From assembly GCF_004010195.1 (NCBI RefSeq), contig NC_057751.1:4658161-4722160 (forward strand): DNA of 64,000 nucleotides, in the 5' to 3' direction. The first letter of the stretch is position 1. Each line of letters opens with the position of its first letter. The position numbers were made by a program, and so were the translations under genes. A model generated the notes under the pieces. That model had not been told where the DNA came from, searched no databases, and saw nothing but the letters and a program-made list of their open reading frames with translations. This stretch comes from Chiloscyllium plagiosum. Its lineage: Eukaryota. Of this stretch, positions 36,861 to 50,930 are shown one piece after another.

Positions 36861-37980
36861 AGACCTCACTTGGTCTCCATTAACTCTCCACTCCCTTGAA
36901 TAATATCAGCTGAACCAATCACAATCCCATGGCTTGTCCCTACCCCACACCCCCAGGTCATTCCTAGATGGACTCATAAGCTGTCAGTCCTCCTTCAACA
37001 TCAAGTCACCTGTCCCAGGATTCTATTACACCTTAGATCCTCATAAAAACCACATTCCCCCACCACTCAAGTCCCACACAGCACAGTACGGAGCACAGAT
37101 TGACCAAAAGTTCTGGGATCCTTCATGTTCCCTCTCAGGTTCCCCATTTGATGTCCACTCTCCGTTCAGTGACCAATCACACTCACTGCTCCTGGAAATC
37201 TTACCTGCCTCCCCGGTTGGTATGGCCTGGCCTTCAGTGAGTGACAGTGTAGCATGCAGGTTGCTGGGCACTGGGAAGCGGACCAAAGCCACGCTATCTC
37301 AGGACATGTTGGATCGATTCAGGTGAAGACCTGGGAGACTCTGGGCTCTCACCATTCCCCAGTGCCTCCACATTTTGGTGCTTCTCATTGACTGTTGAAA
37401 AACCTTCTCACCATCAGCTCAGCTCAGCCTCGTTTCCATTCACAACATTCAGTGACAAAGCCATGTGGAAGTGGACATGCCTGAGTTGAAGTTCCAATCC
37501 CTCAATCAGCTGGGAGCTCAATGGCCTCTGTATCTGTGACTTCAAAAGTCTTCACCAATATTCAGCGTTTAAGTTGGCGTTTTTTAGTGCCTTTTCGAGG
37601 AATGAACATCATCTTGACTTGGCAGACCATATAAACATTGAAACTGGGAGCAGGTGTAGGCGATTTGGCACACCCAGCCTGCTCTGCCATTCATTTTGAA
37701 CATGACTGACCCACTATCTCAGTGCCATATTCCCCCGTTCTCCCCTCGACAATCTATCAAATTGCCAGTCTCTTTCTTGACTGTGTTCTGTGGGCCGGTC
37801 TCCCCAGCTTCCTGTGGTGAGGAATTCCACAGTCTCAACACTCTCTGAGTGAAGAAATGTTCCCTCATCTCAGTCTGAAATGGTCTACCCCATATCCCCC
37901 TGAGACTGTGACCCCCTGGTTATAGACTCCTACCTCCCTGCATTGAGTCTGTCCAGCCTTGCTAGAGTTTTGTACTTTTG

Positions 37981-38349
37981 AATCATAGAGTAGAATCATA
38001 GAATCCCTGCAGTGTGGAAGCAGGCCATTCAGCCCATTGAGCCCACACTGATCCTCCAAACAGCATCCCTCCCTGAACCACCCCTCTCTTCTATCCCCGT
38101 AACCCTGCCTTTCCCATGGCTAATCCATCTCGCCTGCAAATCTGTGGACACTATACGCAAATTAGCATGAGCAATCCACATTAACCTGCGCATCTATGGA
38201 GTGTGGGAGGAAACTGGAGCACGCGGAGGAAACCCAGCAAACACAGGGACAATGTGCAAACTCCACACACATAGTGGGCCGAAGGTGGATTCAAACCTGG
38301 GTCCCTGGAACTGTGAGACAGCAGTGCTAACCACTGGGCAACCGTGCCA
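37981..38349 (-). mobile_element. HE1-type SINE (diverged)
   Basis: Minus head TGGCACGGTTGCCCAGTGGTTAGCACTGCTG and HE1 body. Confidence 0.8.
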
Positions 38350-41300
38350 TTTGGAAGGTGTCTCTGTGACTTGCTGATTCCGGCTTGCTGTGAGGGCTCA
38401 CTCCATCACTCAAACATGTACTCAAAGGACCCACACACACCCCTGAAGTGAAGAAATAATACAAATCTCACGCTCTCTCTTGCACCGATGCATAAAGGGT
38501 GGAATCCCCTGTCAATACATATCTCAGCCAATGGAGAATGAGAATTGAAGGGGAACTTGCGGGGAGTGCTGTTCCGATGTATCTGCTACCCTCGTGCGTC
38601 TAAATGGTATTGTTTGTGGGTTTGGAAGCTGCTGTTTTTGGAGCCTTGATGCATTGCTGCAGTGTATCTTGTAGATGGTACACACTGCTATCACTGTGTG
38701 GTGGAAGGAGTGGATGTTTAGGATGACGACTGGTTCTGCCTCTTGGTTTCCCTGACAAACGCAGTGGTTAAGTGTGTGGCCAACTCTGTTGACCAGTAGT
38801 TGCTCGATTCTGCACTGAAACAGCGCCCTGGTCAGGCCACACTCGGCCTCGAATACTCACAATGTTTTTATGGCAGATCTGTGTGAAATCATACTGTTTC
38901 AACTGAAGAATGAGAGGATAAAGGGCAGGTTGCAATTTGACAAGCTTGCATGAATGTAAAGATCGGGCTCTGTGTGGACTGGGAGGTGCACAAAGTGGGA
39001 GAACAAGTCGAGGCAGCTTGAACAAAAAAACGGGACCATTACCTCCAGTAATTGATAGACAGAATACAAAAACAACTGGTTAAAAGGAAGTGGCTGCCCA
39101 TTGAAGACACGGGTGAGGTGAATTGCTTCTTACAGACAGTGTTTAGAACACCCCTGCTCCAAAGGCAGAGGAAGTGGAGTCTTTACATGCCTTTTCGGTC
39201 AAGGTTGATAGATTAATGAAGAGCAAATGGATGACAAATTACTGAGTGGCAATGTGGAGTCATCAGATCTGCTGGGATCTGGCTGAGTGATGCAGCAGGC
39301 TCCAGAGACTGATTAAGAACATAGGAACAGTAGTCCATTCAATCCCTTGAGTCTCTTCTACCATTCAATGGGATCAGAGCTGATATATGACCTATTTCCA
39401 TAAACCTGCCTTTATCCCTTAATACCATTGCTAAACAAAAAAGTATCTGTGTCAGATTAAAATTGAACAACTTATCCAGCATCAACAATGGTGTGATCCA
39501 CTCCTAATCTGAACGCTTGTCTGTTCACTTTGAGCAGGACTGCTTTGAAGATATTGAGCTTCCATTCAATGAAGAGCAGAATTCTGCCATTTTCTCACTT
39601 GTATTTTGTGATAAAGCATGCGGGTAAACCCCACAGCTTCCAGAAAGCCTGAACATGATGTTCACCTGCACACAGTTCACTCTCTGCAGCATTCAATGTC
39701 CAGAAATAGCTGTCGACTCAGATGTGAAGGTGAAAATCATACCACTTCAGCTGGTCACACACAGGTTCTGACACAGAGCTGTGTTAGAGAGAGGACTGCT
39801 GGAGCTGTACTTAGCCCTGCCCTGAGTAATGAACAAAAACACAGAGAGGCCACAACAAAAAGCCACTCTAGGAGGTAGTGTCTTTGGGCCATTGGAAATA
39901 GCCACCACCTCAGTCATTGTTCAGGCTCCTTAGGTGCTGGGATCAAGTACACAGGAAAAACATGACAAGAATTCTGATTTCCCTTCGATTTGATAAGATG
40001 CCTCTGTGTCACATGATTCATGCACATTGTGATGATGGAGAGATTGAGGGGGCTTTGTTTAATATAGACCAATGGGAGGGTCACAACAACATCCAGGTCT
40101 TTTCAGAACAGAAAGAATGATTTTCAAAATGAAATGCACTCTGCCTCTGTCCCTGGCAACATTGAGTTGAAGTTGCCAGCAGCAGCCCCCATTGCACTGC
40201 CTTCACTCTCAGCCCATGGAAAATGTCCAACACCAGAAAGTCAGGGTGACAACTTTGGAGCCTAGACTCTCAAACGTGACCTTACCCAGAACAACTTTAA
40301 CAAAGTGCACAACATGGTTAAGATTTATGCTTCATCATTGCTGCTTGCAGCTGAAGTTGCTGTTTTTTAAACAATTGCAGGGTGCTCCCTACACTCAGAC
40401 TCCAGACCCTTTTTCTCACTGACCTATATGTTCTAAACAAAGGTTTTTCAGAACCAGAAGTGCATGGACCCTCAAAAGTGTTCCACCATTTCATCAAATC
40501 AAGACTGACCACCTCAACTCCACTGATCCCTATTTTAATCCAAAACATTATCAGTAAAATCATGTTTCCCTGCAGGACCTGGCTCCAAACTGCATACTGT
40601 GACTTTCTGCCCTTGCACCCCAGCACACCAGACTGTGATTCTGAAACCTGTTGGGGAGGGAGAGGTGCTATCGCTACACCCTGGCTCCTCCATTTCATCA
40701 TTTCCCAAACCATGATTTGATTGCTCTTTCACCATCTGAATTCACGGACACAGAAACCAGGTTTTCTAAGTTAGCCTCATAAACATTTGCAGTGTATCAG
40801 TGCTCAGGCTGTCTCCTTCATTAGATGCAGTACTTGGAACTGAAATCACAAATTCCGCAATTTAAGGCCTGTCCAGGATCTGTTCAACTGGAGGATGACT
40901 TCTTTACCTCTGTCTCCCAATCATCTGGACTTGAAAAGTCAATATGCTACTCACTTTTGTTGATGGTTTTTAGTACCTGACTGGGGTGTCACTTTGTTCC
41001 TCCAGTTTGAAAATAATTTGATGTCTATTTCTTGGCTTGAAAGTGGACCACCTTTCACTTCCCAGACTGAACGTCATTGCCTAGACTTACCTTATCTGTT
41101 TATGTTCTTGTATAATTTTACGTTCCCATCCATACTGTGAACTGTTCTCCAGTGTCATGGCATCTGCAACTTGGATGTATACCTTTATATTCCTTCATCC
41201 AAACCCTCACAAACTCTTTTGTAAAGATGGGTTCCAGGATAGATCCCTGGAAGACATCACTGGTCAAATTCTATCTGTCACAACATGTTGCCCCATCTCT

Positions 41301-42529
41301 TACTTCTCTACCAATGTCCAACAGTAAGTCACAAGTCTTTAATTTCACATTCTTGCTCATAGTTGCAAATGCAAAATCTTACCAAATGTCTTCTGGACGG
41401 GCATATAGCAACAATCCACAAACACATCACTATCCCACCTGATAGTGACCTCAAAATAAAAATCACCTTCATTAGAGATGGTCTCCTCTTCCCAAAAATT
41501 GGTTCAATTTAAAAAAAGAAATCACTTCATGACCTTATTAACATGAAGATACAGTTTTATCCCATGTTCCCATGGATTTCATGTCAGTTGGAATCCTGGA
41601 ATGACAGAAAGGATGCCTCCTTATGAAATGAAATGTCAATGCGTTGCAAGGACACATCCTTTTTCTCTTCATGATCTGACTATTTGCAATCGACTACACT
41701 TGTTCACTTGTTGCACTCATGGCTTGTCAATTCATCTGGTAGGTCTGTTAGACATTGTGACATTACCTCATAGGGGAAGAGGTGAGAGTTAATCATACAG
41801 AGCTGCCAATCATGACTGACTCTGGCTTTGCTCTGAGTGCACAGGTACATCACATCAATTCTAGTTTTGGTTCTTAATTCACGCATGGGACCGAGGCAGT
41901 GCTGGCTGAGCCAGCATTTATTGTAACTGTGGAGAAGGTGGGAATGAGCTGCCTATTTGAACTGCTGAAGTCTGTGTGCTGTAGGTAGACCCACAATGTT
42001 GTTCGAAAGGGAATTCCAAGATTCTGGGCCAGTTGGACTTGTTAGCCTTTTCTGAAAAAAACATTGACGTTATTCCAAAACCTGCAAGGAGCTTTCCACA
42101 AGATCTCATCTGACTGCTTAAGAGTACTTGAGCAACTTTTGAACTCTTTCCACAGTGTTCTGCTTGATTGGGTTTGATTCTCCTGCTATTGAGTCAGTCT
42201 GTACATGAATTAACCTGCTCAATGTGGTTTGGCTGGGTTGATACAATGCATCTTCTCCTGGTGCTTTCTATCGTGAGACAGGAGGGAAAAGGTTATGTGC
42301 CAAGACGGGGCAAGGAGCTGGTCTTCGGTGAGGATTGGCCTTTCTGTGTTAAGGTGAAATGTACAATCTCTGAATACTTGCTGTCGGACAGTGACTATCA
42401 GGCACCAGTCAGTAAACAGCAAGGCAGTTATCCCTAGAAGGTACTGACCAATAATTACATCTCAACCAAAATCATGAAAATGAATTATCTGGCTGTGACC
42501 TGGCTGCTGGTTGCTCCATTGTTGCATTT

Positions 42530-43110
42530 TTAAAATGCATTCACGGGATGTGGGTGTTTCTGGCTGGGCCAGAGATTATTGCCCATCCCTAATTACTCTG
42601 AGGCCTGTTAAGAGTTAACCACATTGCTGTAGGTCTGGTGTCACAAGTAGGCCAGGCCAGGTAAGGCTGGCAGTTTCCTTCCCTAATGGGCATTAGTGAA
42701 CCAGATGGGTTTTCCCCACTAATGGTTTCATGGTCATTAAAGAATCCCAACAGTGTGGGAGCAGGCTATTTGGCCCATTGAATCCACATTGACTCTCCCA
42801 GGCAACCCCACCCCCTACCCCCCACCCCTACCCCCAACAACACCTTATCCCTGTAACCTTGTTTTTCCCAGGGCTAACCCACATAGCCTGCACATTCCTG
42901 GACACTATGGGCAATTCAGCATAGCCAATTCACCTAACCTGCACATCTTTGGACTGTGGGAGGAAACTAGAGCCACCGTGCATTAATCGACTCGTTTCCT
43001 GATTAATATTGAATTCAAATTCCACCATTTGCCATTGTGGGATTTGAACCAGGTACCTGAGTCTCTGGATTAATAGTTTAGTCATAATACCACTCAGCCA
43101 TCACTTACCC
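42530..43110 (-). mobile_element. Second-family SINE interrupted by an HE1 fragment (~42742-42970)
   Basis: SINE 3' part 42530-42740 resumes at ~43000 (gaattcaaattccaccat...ataccactcagcca). Confidence 0.7.
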
Positions 43111-43889
43111 TTATATACAATAAATATCGAATATATCTGGGGGTGGGCAGGCATTTCTTTGATATTTCAGTCACCTTGGCAACCCAAATCCCTGTGCACC
43201 GTGCAAAAGACAAAACAATTCCAACTTGCCTTGGGATAGTGGTGTTGGGCTTTGCTGAATGAAAAGACTGATTTTACAAGAGTAGGCAAGTTAGAACTGC
43301 AACATCCTGAAGTAATCCCTCTGAACTCCAAAGAGGTGATCCCACAGGGAACGTACAGTAAGATTACTCAGACAATCAAATCAATAAATCCATCTCCACA
43401 GCCAACTTCAAATGCTCAGCAATGCAGGCAACCGTTCCATCTGCCTTTCAGACGTGACAAAGATCATATCATAACAAGAGAGAAAGAAAGGCTCATACTC
43501 AGGTATTAGCTCAGGACATCCCGGAGACAGCTTCATAGGCAATGAGATGAAGCGTTGTCACATGAGCAGCCAGTTTGTACATAGCAAACTCCCACAAACA
43601 GCAAGGTTGAAAAATTGAACACAAGTAACAGGAGCAGGAATAGACCATTCAGTCCATTGAGTCTGCTTAGCCATCCTGTGCTACCACGTCTGATCTTGGG
43701 CTTCAAATGAATCTTCCTGCCCACTCTTCATAACCCACGGCCCCCTGAGAAGCCAGAGAACTGTCCCTGCTGAGATGAAAAGTTCTGACAAAGAGTTGCA
43801 TGCACTCCCAACATTAACTCTGTTTCTCTCTCTTTCTCTCTCTCTCCACCCATGCTGTCAGATCTGCTGAGTTTCTCCAGCAATTATTC

Positions 43890-44390
43890 ATAGAGTTATA
43901 TAGCAAGGAAACAAACCCTTCAGTCTATCCCAAACTAATCCAGTCTCACCTGACTGCGCTTGTCCCACATTCTTACAAACATTTCTTATTCATGTATTTC
44001 TCCAAATGTCTTGTAAATATTGTCAGTGTACCCCATCCACCGCTTCCTCTGAAAGTTCATTCCACACATGAACCACTCTGTGTAAAAAAAAATTGCCCCT
44101 CGTGTCCTTTTTAAATCTTTCTCCTCTGAGCTTAAAAAAACCCACCTAGTTTTGAAATTCCCCACCCGAGGGAAAAGACAACACCATTCACCTTATCTAT
44201 GCCACTCATGACTTTATAAACCTTTATGAGCTCAGCCCTCAACTTCCAATGCTCCAGTGAAAAAAGTCTGAGTCCCCCCTTCTAACTCAGACTTTCCATT
44301 CCCAACAACATCCTGTAGATCTTGTCTGAACCCTGTCCAGCTTAATAACATCCTTCCCGTAACAGGGCTACCAAAACTGGACCCAGTACT
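43890..44390 (-). mobile_element. CR1/HER1 3' end inside a family B pLTR
   Basis: LINE 3' sequence between pLTR halves at 43780-43885 and 44390-44440. Confidence 0.75.
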
Positions 44391-45092
44391 CTGTGCTTGT
44401 TTTAGATTTCCAGCATGCACAGTATTTTGCCTTTATTTAAGACTTTATCAATTCTCCCCAAGTGCTGAGTGATAACGGGCACACAGAAAACCAGCTACTG
44501 GTACCTGGATTTCCCCATGGGCCATGTGACAGTGGTTATTCAATCATCATTGCACACAACACTGTTTGTCACTGAAGTGGAAATTCCGAGTGACTAAATG
44601 GAACAGTTGAGGAACAAAACTGGGAAGTCAATGACTATAGTCAACTGGTTTTGGGGTTAACCCTTATGAAGAAGAGAGTGCTGATGTGGTGACTTGGGAG
44701 ACGGCCTTTTGTCTGAAAGTGGACACAATATAGACTGACTGGGTTTTATCTTATAGCCAGTCAAATTTGAATTCCAAAACGTGAGGACAAAGCAGTGTCA
44801 GTGTCAGAATGCAGCAGGTAGCAGAAACTGGTTGGGTATAGCCAGGTGGGCCAAAGAAGGCCTGGGTATGTCTCTCACCCAAATAGAAGCCAAACTCAGC
44901 CATGAGAGGGACTCCCTGAGCTCCTTGAGGAAGGAGATTTGGTGATGCCATAGTGGGGATGGTATCATAGGGCAAAACCCAAGAGCCTTCCCATGTGGCA
45001 TGGTCCCTTGACCAAACCAGGCCCAACAAGGTCACTTACACTCCCGCTCACAACTGCGCTTTACAACGTATCGGACCGTTCGTCATGGAATT

Positions 45093-45195
45093 CTGTGTCT
45101 TGTGTGTGCGTGTCTGTGTGTGTGTCTGTGTATGTCTGTGTCTGTGCGTGTCTGTGTGTGTCTGTGTGTGTCTGTGTGTGTCTGTGTGTGTGTGT
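45093..45195. repeat. (TG)n/(TGTC)n compound microsatellite
   Basis: Directly visible; runs into the gap. Confidence 0.95.
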
Positions 45196-45670
45196 NNNNN
45201 NNNNNNNNNNNNNNNNNNNNNNNNNNNNNNNNNNNNNNNNNNNNNNNNNNNNNNNNNNNNNNNNNNNNNNNNNNNNNNNNNNNNNNNNNNNNNNNNNNNN
45301 NNNNNNNNNNNNNNNNNNNNNNNNNNNNNNNNNNNNNNNNNNNNNNNNNNNNNNNNNNNNNNNNNNNNNNNNNNNNNNNNNNNNNNNNNNNNNNNNNNNN
45401 NNNNNNNNNNNNNNNNNNNNNNNNNNNNNNNNNNNNNNNNNNNNNNNNNNNNNNNNNNNNNNNNNNNNNNNNNNNNNNNNNNNNNNNNNNNNNNNNNNNN
45501 NNNNNNNNNNNNNNNNNNNNNNNNNNNNNNNNNNNNNNNNNNNNNNNNNNNNNNNNNNNNNNNNNNNNNNNNNNNNNNNNNNNNNNNNNNNNNNNNNNNN
45601 NNNNNNNNNNNNNNNNNNNNNNNNNNNNNNNNNNNNNNNNNNNNNNNNNNNNNNNNNNNNNNNNNNNNNN
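45196..45670. other. Assembly gap
   Basis: Run of N. Confidence 1.
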
Positions 45671-45923
45671 CTGTGTGGAGTTTGCACATTCTCCCCGTGT
45701 CTGCGTGGGTTTCCTCCGGGTGCTCCGGTTTCCTCCCACAATCCAAAAATGTGCAGGTCAGGTGAATTGGCCATGCTAAATTGTCCGTAGTGTTAGGTGA
45801 AGGGGTAAACGTAGGAGTATGGGTCTGGGTGGTATACGCTTCGGCGGGTCGGTGTGTACTTGTTGGGCCGAAGGGCCTGTTTCCACACTGTAAGTAATCT
45901 AATCTAATCTAATCTAATCTAAT
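45671..45923 (+). mobile_element. Young HE1-type SINE (5' end in gap)
   Basis: Near-identical to 46757-46995; (AATCT)n tail. Confidence 0.9.
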
Positions 45924-45924
45924 C

Positions 45925-46213
45925 CCACCCAGTCCCAGACCCGACCATTTCCCTTATAATCTCACATTTCCCACAGCTCATCCACCCAGACTACACATCC
46001 AGAGATGCTACAGAATAATTTGGCATGGCCAATCCACCTAAACTGCACATCCTTGGACTGTGGGAGCAAACTGCAATACCTAGAGGAAACTCACACAGAC
46101 TTGGGAAGAATGTATAAGCTCCACACAGACAGACACAGTTGCCCGAGAGTGGAATCAAACTCATGTCCCAAGGACTGTGAGGCAGTAGTGCTCACCACTG
46201 AGCCACTGTGCCA
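45925..46213 (-). mobile_element. Older HE1-type SINE
   Basis: Diverged reverse complement of the HE1 body and head. Confidence 0.75.
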
Positions 46214-46676
46214 TCTCCAACCTGTAAGACTCTTTCCCAGAATCTCTTATTGTACAGAAACTCACAACGTATTAGCACTTTATCAAATTTACACAGATAC
46301 GCACATACACTTCTAGACCCTCCTGCCTATACATACTCACAGAAAGGTTCTCTCAGCAGCAAGATTCAAAATCAAGATACAAATAGACCACATTCTTTAT
46401 CCCACAAGTGAAACTGTTCCTTGTCTGCTTATTGAAAATAATTGCCACAACTTTTCTGCTTCCTGCTTGTGGAAGGTGAAGCACATTGATACAAACAGCT
46501 GAGGACAGGTTGAAAGGTGCAACATGAAGACAGCTGTTTTCTGTGAGGTGCTTGAGAAGCTCCAAGTCTGTATGTGAAGGAAGACTACCCCAAAACTGCT
46601 GGGTGTTGGGGGAGGCTGATCATGACTAGCTGCAGAGCTTCAATCTCCATTCTGAACAGCTTCAATCTCCATTCTG

Positions 46677-46995
46677 GGCGGCATGGTGGCACAGTGGTTA
46701 GCACTGATGCCTCACAGCGCCAAAGACCCGGGTTCAATTCCCGCCTCAGGCGACTGACTGTCTGGAGTTTGCACATTCTCCCCGTGTCTGCGTGGGTTTC
46801 CTCCGGGTGCTCCGGTTTCCTCCCACAGTCCAAAAATGTGCAGGTCAGGTGAATTGGCCATGCTAAATTGCCCGTAGTGTTAGGTGAAGGGGTAAATGTA
46901 GGGGAATGGGTCTGGGTGGGTTGCGCTTCGGCGGGTCGGTGTGGACTTGTTGGGCCGAAGGGCCTGTTTCCACACTGTAAAGTAATCTAATCTAA
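46677..46995 (+). mobile_element. Full-length HE1-type tRNA SINE
   Basis: A box TGGCACAGTGG 46687-46697, B box GGTTCAATTCC 46731-46741, CpGs retained, LINE-like 3' end, AATCT tail. Confidence 0.92.
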
Positions 46996-48134
46996 ACAAT
47001 CCTCCCTCTCTGTTGCCTGGGTCATCATTATGTACAGTATAACAAGTTCCCTTCAACGACCAGTATTTAACCTGCATCGACATAATCTAAGTGGGCACCA
47101 ACAATCAGATCCTTGGGGTCTGGTTCACCATCAGGAAGATCATAGCTGATCTTCTCCTTCAATTCAGTTTTACCTCCTGCCCAAAGATCTCTCCATCCCT
47201 GTTGTAACTCCACTCAACATGTGAGCAGACACAGCTCTGTGGGGGTAGGGATTTCGAAGATCCACAAAGATTCTCCGAGGAATGTAATCCCTACTCCTGT
47301 CACGACTGAATGGTCAGGTCCTTATCCCAAGGCTGTGCCTGCTAGTTCCAGACACTGCCCCCTACCCCTCAAGCCAGGGGGGAAGCAGCTTCTCAGCACT
47401 GACTCCTCTCAAACCCTGGAAGAAGTAACCACATCCCAATGGGATGGTTGAGTCAGGGGAATCACTGATTTCACTGCTCTACTGGAGGTGTGTACATCCA
47501 GAACTCTTTGGGATGGACAATTCCCAAGATTCACAACCTCGGGGATGGGGCAATCTTCCCCCATCCGCAGTCCTTTAGCCAAGACCCACACCACCTCCTA
47601 TTCATAGGCTCTCCTTGGCAGCATCTGAAGGCTTGATGAACAATACATCTCTCAATGATGTACATCTATCAATGCAGTCTTCTCTCAACTTCTCCTCTCC
47701 AGAGAATTTCACCCCTCTTTGTTCAACCTCACATCATAGGACAGATCCAGGTCATTATGATGGTCTGTGAGATGTGCATCATCACTGAGGTGTTCAAGTG
47801 TCTTCCCTACTACCTTGCAATTGCTTCAAGATGTGGGACTGCAATTGTTTTGGTTGGGAGATGCCTTCAGTATCAAGACTAGGTTGACACAACTTATATA
47901 ATTTCTGAGTAATACGTTAGAGTCCTTTAGAAGTGAGAACCTGTCACCCTGTGCCTTCTGCCAATAAGTGAAAGCATCTGGAGACTGAAGATTGAGAAGC
48001 AGTGCTCTGATCAGCATAAGAACTGCTTTTGGGGTCTGTCCTCGACCTGCAACACCCATTTTCATGTCTGTGTGTTTGTGTATGCATAAACGGGATGTGG
48101 GGTGGTGGTGGTGGGGCGGGGGCAGTGCTGAGGG

Positions 48135-48690
48135 ACAAAGACCTTGACTATTCACCCGATCCATGCCCCTCATGATTTTATAAACCTCTATGAAGTCACC
48201 CCTCAGTCTTCAATGCTCCAGGGAAAATAGCCCCACCCTATTCAGTCTCTCCCTTCAGCTCAGGCCCTCCAAACCTGGCAACATTCTTGTAAATCTTTTC
48301 TGAACCATTTCAAGTTTCACAACATCCTTGTGATAGGAGGGAGACCAGAATTGCACACAATATTCCTAAAGTGATCTAACCAATATCCTGTACAGCCACA
48401 ACATGACCTCCCAATTCCTACACTCAATGCTCTGTGCAATAAAGGAAAGTGTACCAAATGCCTTCTTCACTATCCTACCTACCTGTGACTCCACTTTCAA
48501 GGACCTATGAACCTGCACTCCAAGGTCTCTCTATTCAGCAACACTCCCCAGTATCCTACCATTCAGTGTATATGTCCTGCCATCGTTTGTCTTTCCTCAC
48601 ATTTACCTCATTTCAACTCCATCAGCCCATCTGATCAAGGTCCCACTGTACTCTGAGATAACCTTCTTTGCTGTCCACTATGCCACCTGA
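48135..48690 (-). mobile_element. HER1/CR1 ORF2 C-terminal fragment
   Basis: Reverse complement of the same sequence as 59640-59980. Confidence 0.85.
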
Positions 48691-49660
48691 CACCAGATCA
48701 GATCATCGACAGACTACAGCAGGTCATGTTTGATGACAAGGAATTTTGCAGCTCAACACAAGCCCTGGTCTACAGAGCAGTTGTGGTCACCACTTGCCCA
48801 AACCAGACCTGCTGAGTTTCTCTAGCACCCCGCTGTCCTTATTTCAGATCTCCAGCATTCATTGTACTCTGCTTTTATTTCAGAAAAGCAATGTGAGCCC
48901 AGAAGAGGAGAAATGGAGGACATGAAGTTGGAAGGGGGAGACAGTCATCTCATTCAGAGATGGAGGGAGAGGTTACGACATAACCTCTCGGGGTTACGAC
49001 CCCGATCTCAGAGGGACATGGGTGGAAGGGCAGCTGAGATGATGCCATAGAGCATAAGCAGCAAAAGCAAAAAAACCATGTGTTGATGAGAAATATGGAG
49101 AAAGTAATGAAGACTGAGAGTTTTTAAAGAAAGACAAAAGGAATAGAAAAAGATGAGGTTTTCGAAGGTGCAGGGGTTATCAGAGACTTAAGGAGGCCTG
49201 GGGTGGTGGGGTGGGAGAGTGGTTGCAGAAGGATGAGAGATTTGTCGGTACATGCCGCACTGCAGTGAAGCTTCAGTTTGAGGGAAAGGGTCACCACCCC
49301 TCAGCCAAGTTTCTGCCAATAACAACATATAATTATCCAGAACAAGTTCCTGGATGCAGATAAAAATTCAATCACAGGATGTGGGTGTCACTGCTTAGGC
49401 CAGTCATATAACTTAAGGTCAGTTAGGAGTCAGTCAAGTTGCCGTGGATCTGGAGACCAGACCAGGTAAGGATGGCAGTTTCCTCCCCTAAAGGACATCA
49501 GTGAACCAGATGGGTTTTTCCAACAATCAGCAATGGATTCATGGTCATCACTGGACTCTTAATTCCAGGAATGTATTGATCAAGGTTTGCATAAAGATTT
49601 GTAGCTCGGTTGCCAGTTATCCTGGTTGTGAGTATGTTCACTGAGCTGGGAAGTTGATTT

Positions 49661-49700
49661 GATGATGTTTCGTCCCCTGTCTTGGTGACATCTTCAGTGC
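49661..49700 (-). ncRNA. Degenerate hammerhead motif (family D)
   Basis: GCA-CUGAAGA-U-GUCACC(AAGACA)GGGGAC-GAAA-CAUC downstream of the PLE ORF end. Confidence 0.55.
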
Positions 49701-50271
49701 TTTGGAGCCTCCCGTGAAGCGTTGCTGTACTGTATCTTCTGGAATGTATTTGGTTCCGTTTCTGCTGTTTCCGGTTGCTTGTTGTAGTGACTGGTATATT
49801 GGGTCCAGGTCAATGTGTGTTTGTTGATGGAGTCCATGGCTGAGTGCCATGTTTCCAGAGATTCTCTGGCTGTCCTCTGTTTAGCTTGTCCTATGATCAT
49901 TATGTTCTCCCTGTTGAAATTGTGGTCCTTGTCGTCTGTGCGTATGGCTACTATGAACAGCTGGTTATGGTGTTTAGTGGCTATGTTGGTGTTCATGGGT
50001 GCAGATTGTGAGTTGTCTGCCTGTTTGACCTCGTTATAATGTGTCATGCAGTCTTTGTACAGAATCCTGTGAATTACGTTTGTCTTGCAGATGATGGGTA
50101 TAGGGACTTTTGTCCTGGTGAGTTATTGTCTGAGTGTGGCTGTCGGTTTATGGGCTGTCATGGATCCGAGTGGTCTGAGAAGTCTGGCTGCTCGTTCCGC
50201 AATGTTTTTTATATACGGTAGCGTGGCTAGTGAGTTAGGTCGTGGCATGTCCTCTTTGCGTTGTTTGTCTG

Positions 50272-50930
50272 TCAGATCCCTGAAAGTTGCCACCCAGATT
50301 GACAGGGTTGTTAAGAAGGCATACAAGTGTTTTGGCCTTTATTAATAGAGGGATTGAGTTCTGGAACCAGGAGGTTATGCTGCAGCTGTACAAAGCTCTG
50401 GTATGGCCACACTTGGAGTATTGTGTACAGTTCTGGTCACCGCATTGTAAGAAGGATGTGGAAAGGGTGCAGAGAAGATTTACTAGGATGTTGCCTGGTA
50501 TGGAAGGAATGTCTTACGAGGAAAGGCTGAGGGACTTGAGGCTGTTCTCATTAGAGAGAAGAAGGTTGAGAGGTGATTTAATAGAGACATACAAGATAAT
50601 CAGAGGGTTAGATATGGTGGACAGGGAGAGCCTTTTTCCAAGTATGGGAACGGCAAACACGAGGGGACACAACTTTAAAGTGAGGGGAGACAGGTATAAG
50701 ACAGATGCCAGAGGTAGTTTCTTTACTCAGAGAGTAGTAAGGGTATGGAATGCTTTGCCTGCAACGGTAGTAGATTTGCCAAGTTTAAGTACATTTAAGT
50801 TGTCATTGGACAGGCAAATGGACGTACATGGAATAGTGTAGGTGGGATGGGCTTCAAATTAGTATGACAGGGCGGCGCAACATCGAGGGCCGAAGGGCCT
50901 GCACTGCACTGTAATGTTCTATGTTCTATG
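50272..50930 (+). mobile_element. Young CR1 LINE 3' end nested in the PLE
   Basis: Open frame LAFINRGIEF..VMLQLYKALVWPHLEYCVQFWSPH..RRLRGDLIETYKI..VVRVWNALP; (ATGTTCT)n tail. Confidence 0.92.

Noticed and set aside
46677..46750. tRNA gene
   Set aside because: It is the tRNA-derived head of an HE1 SINE and continues into the SINE body.
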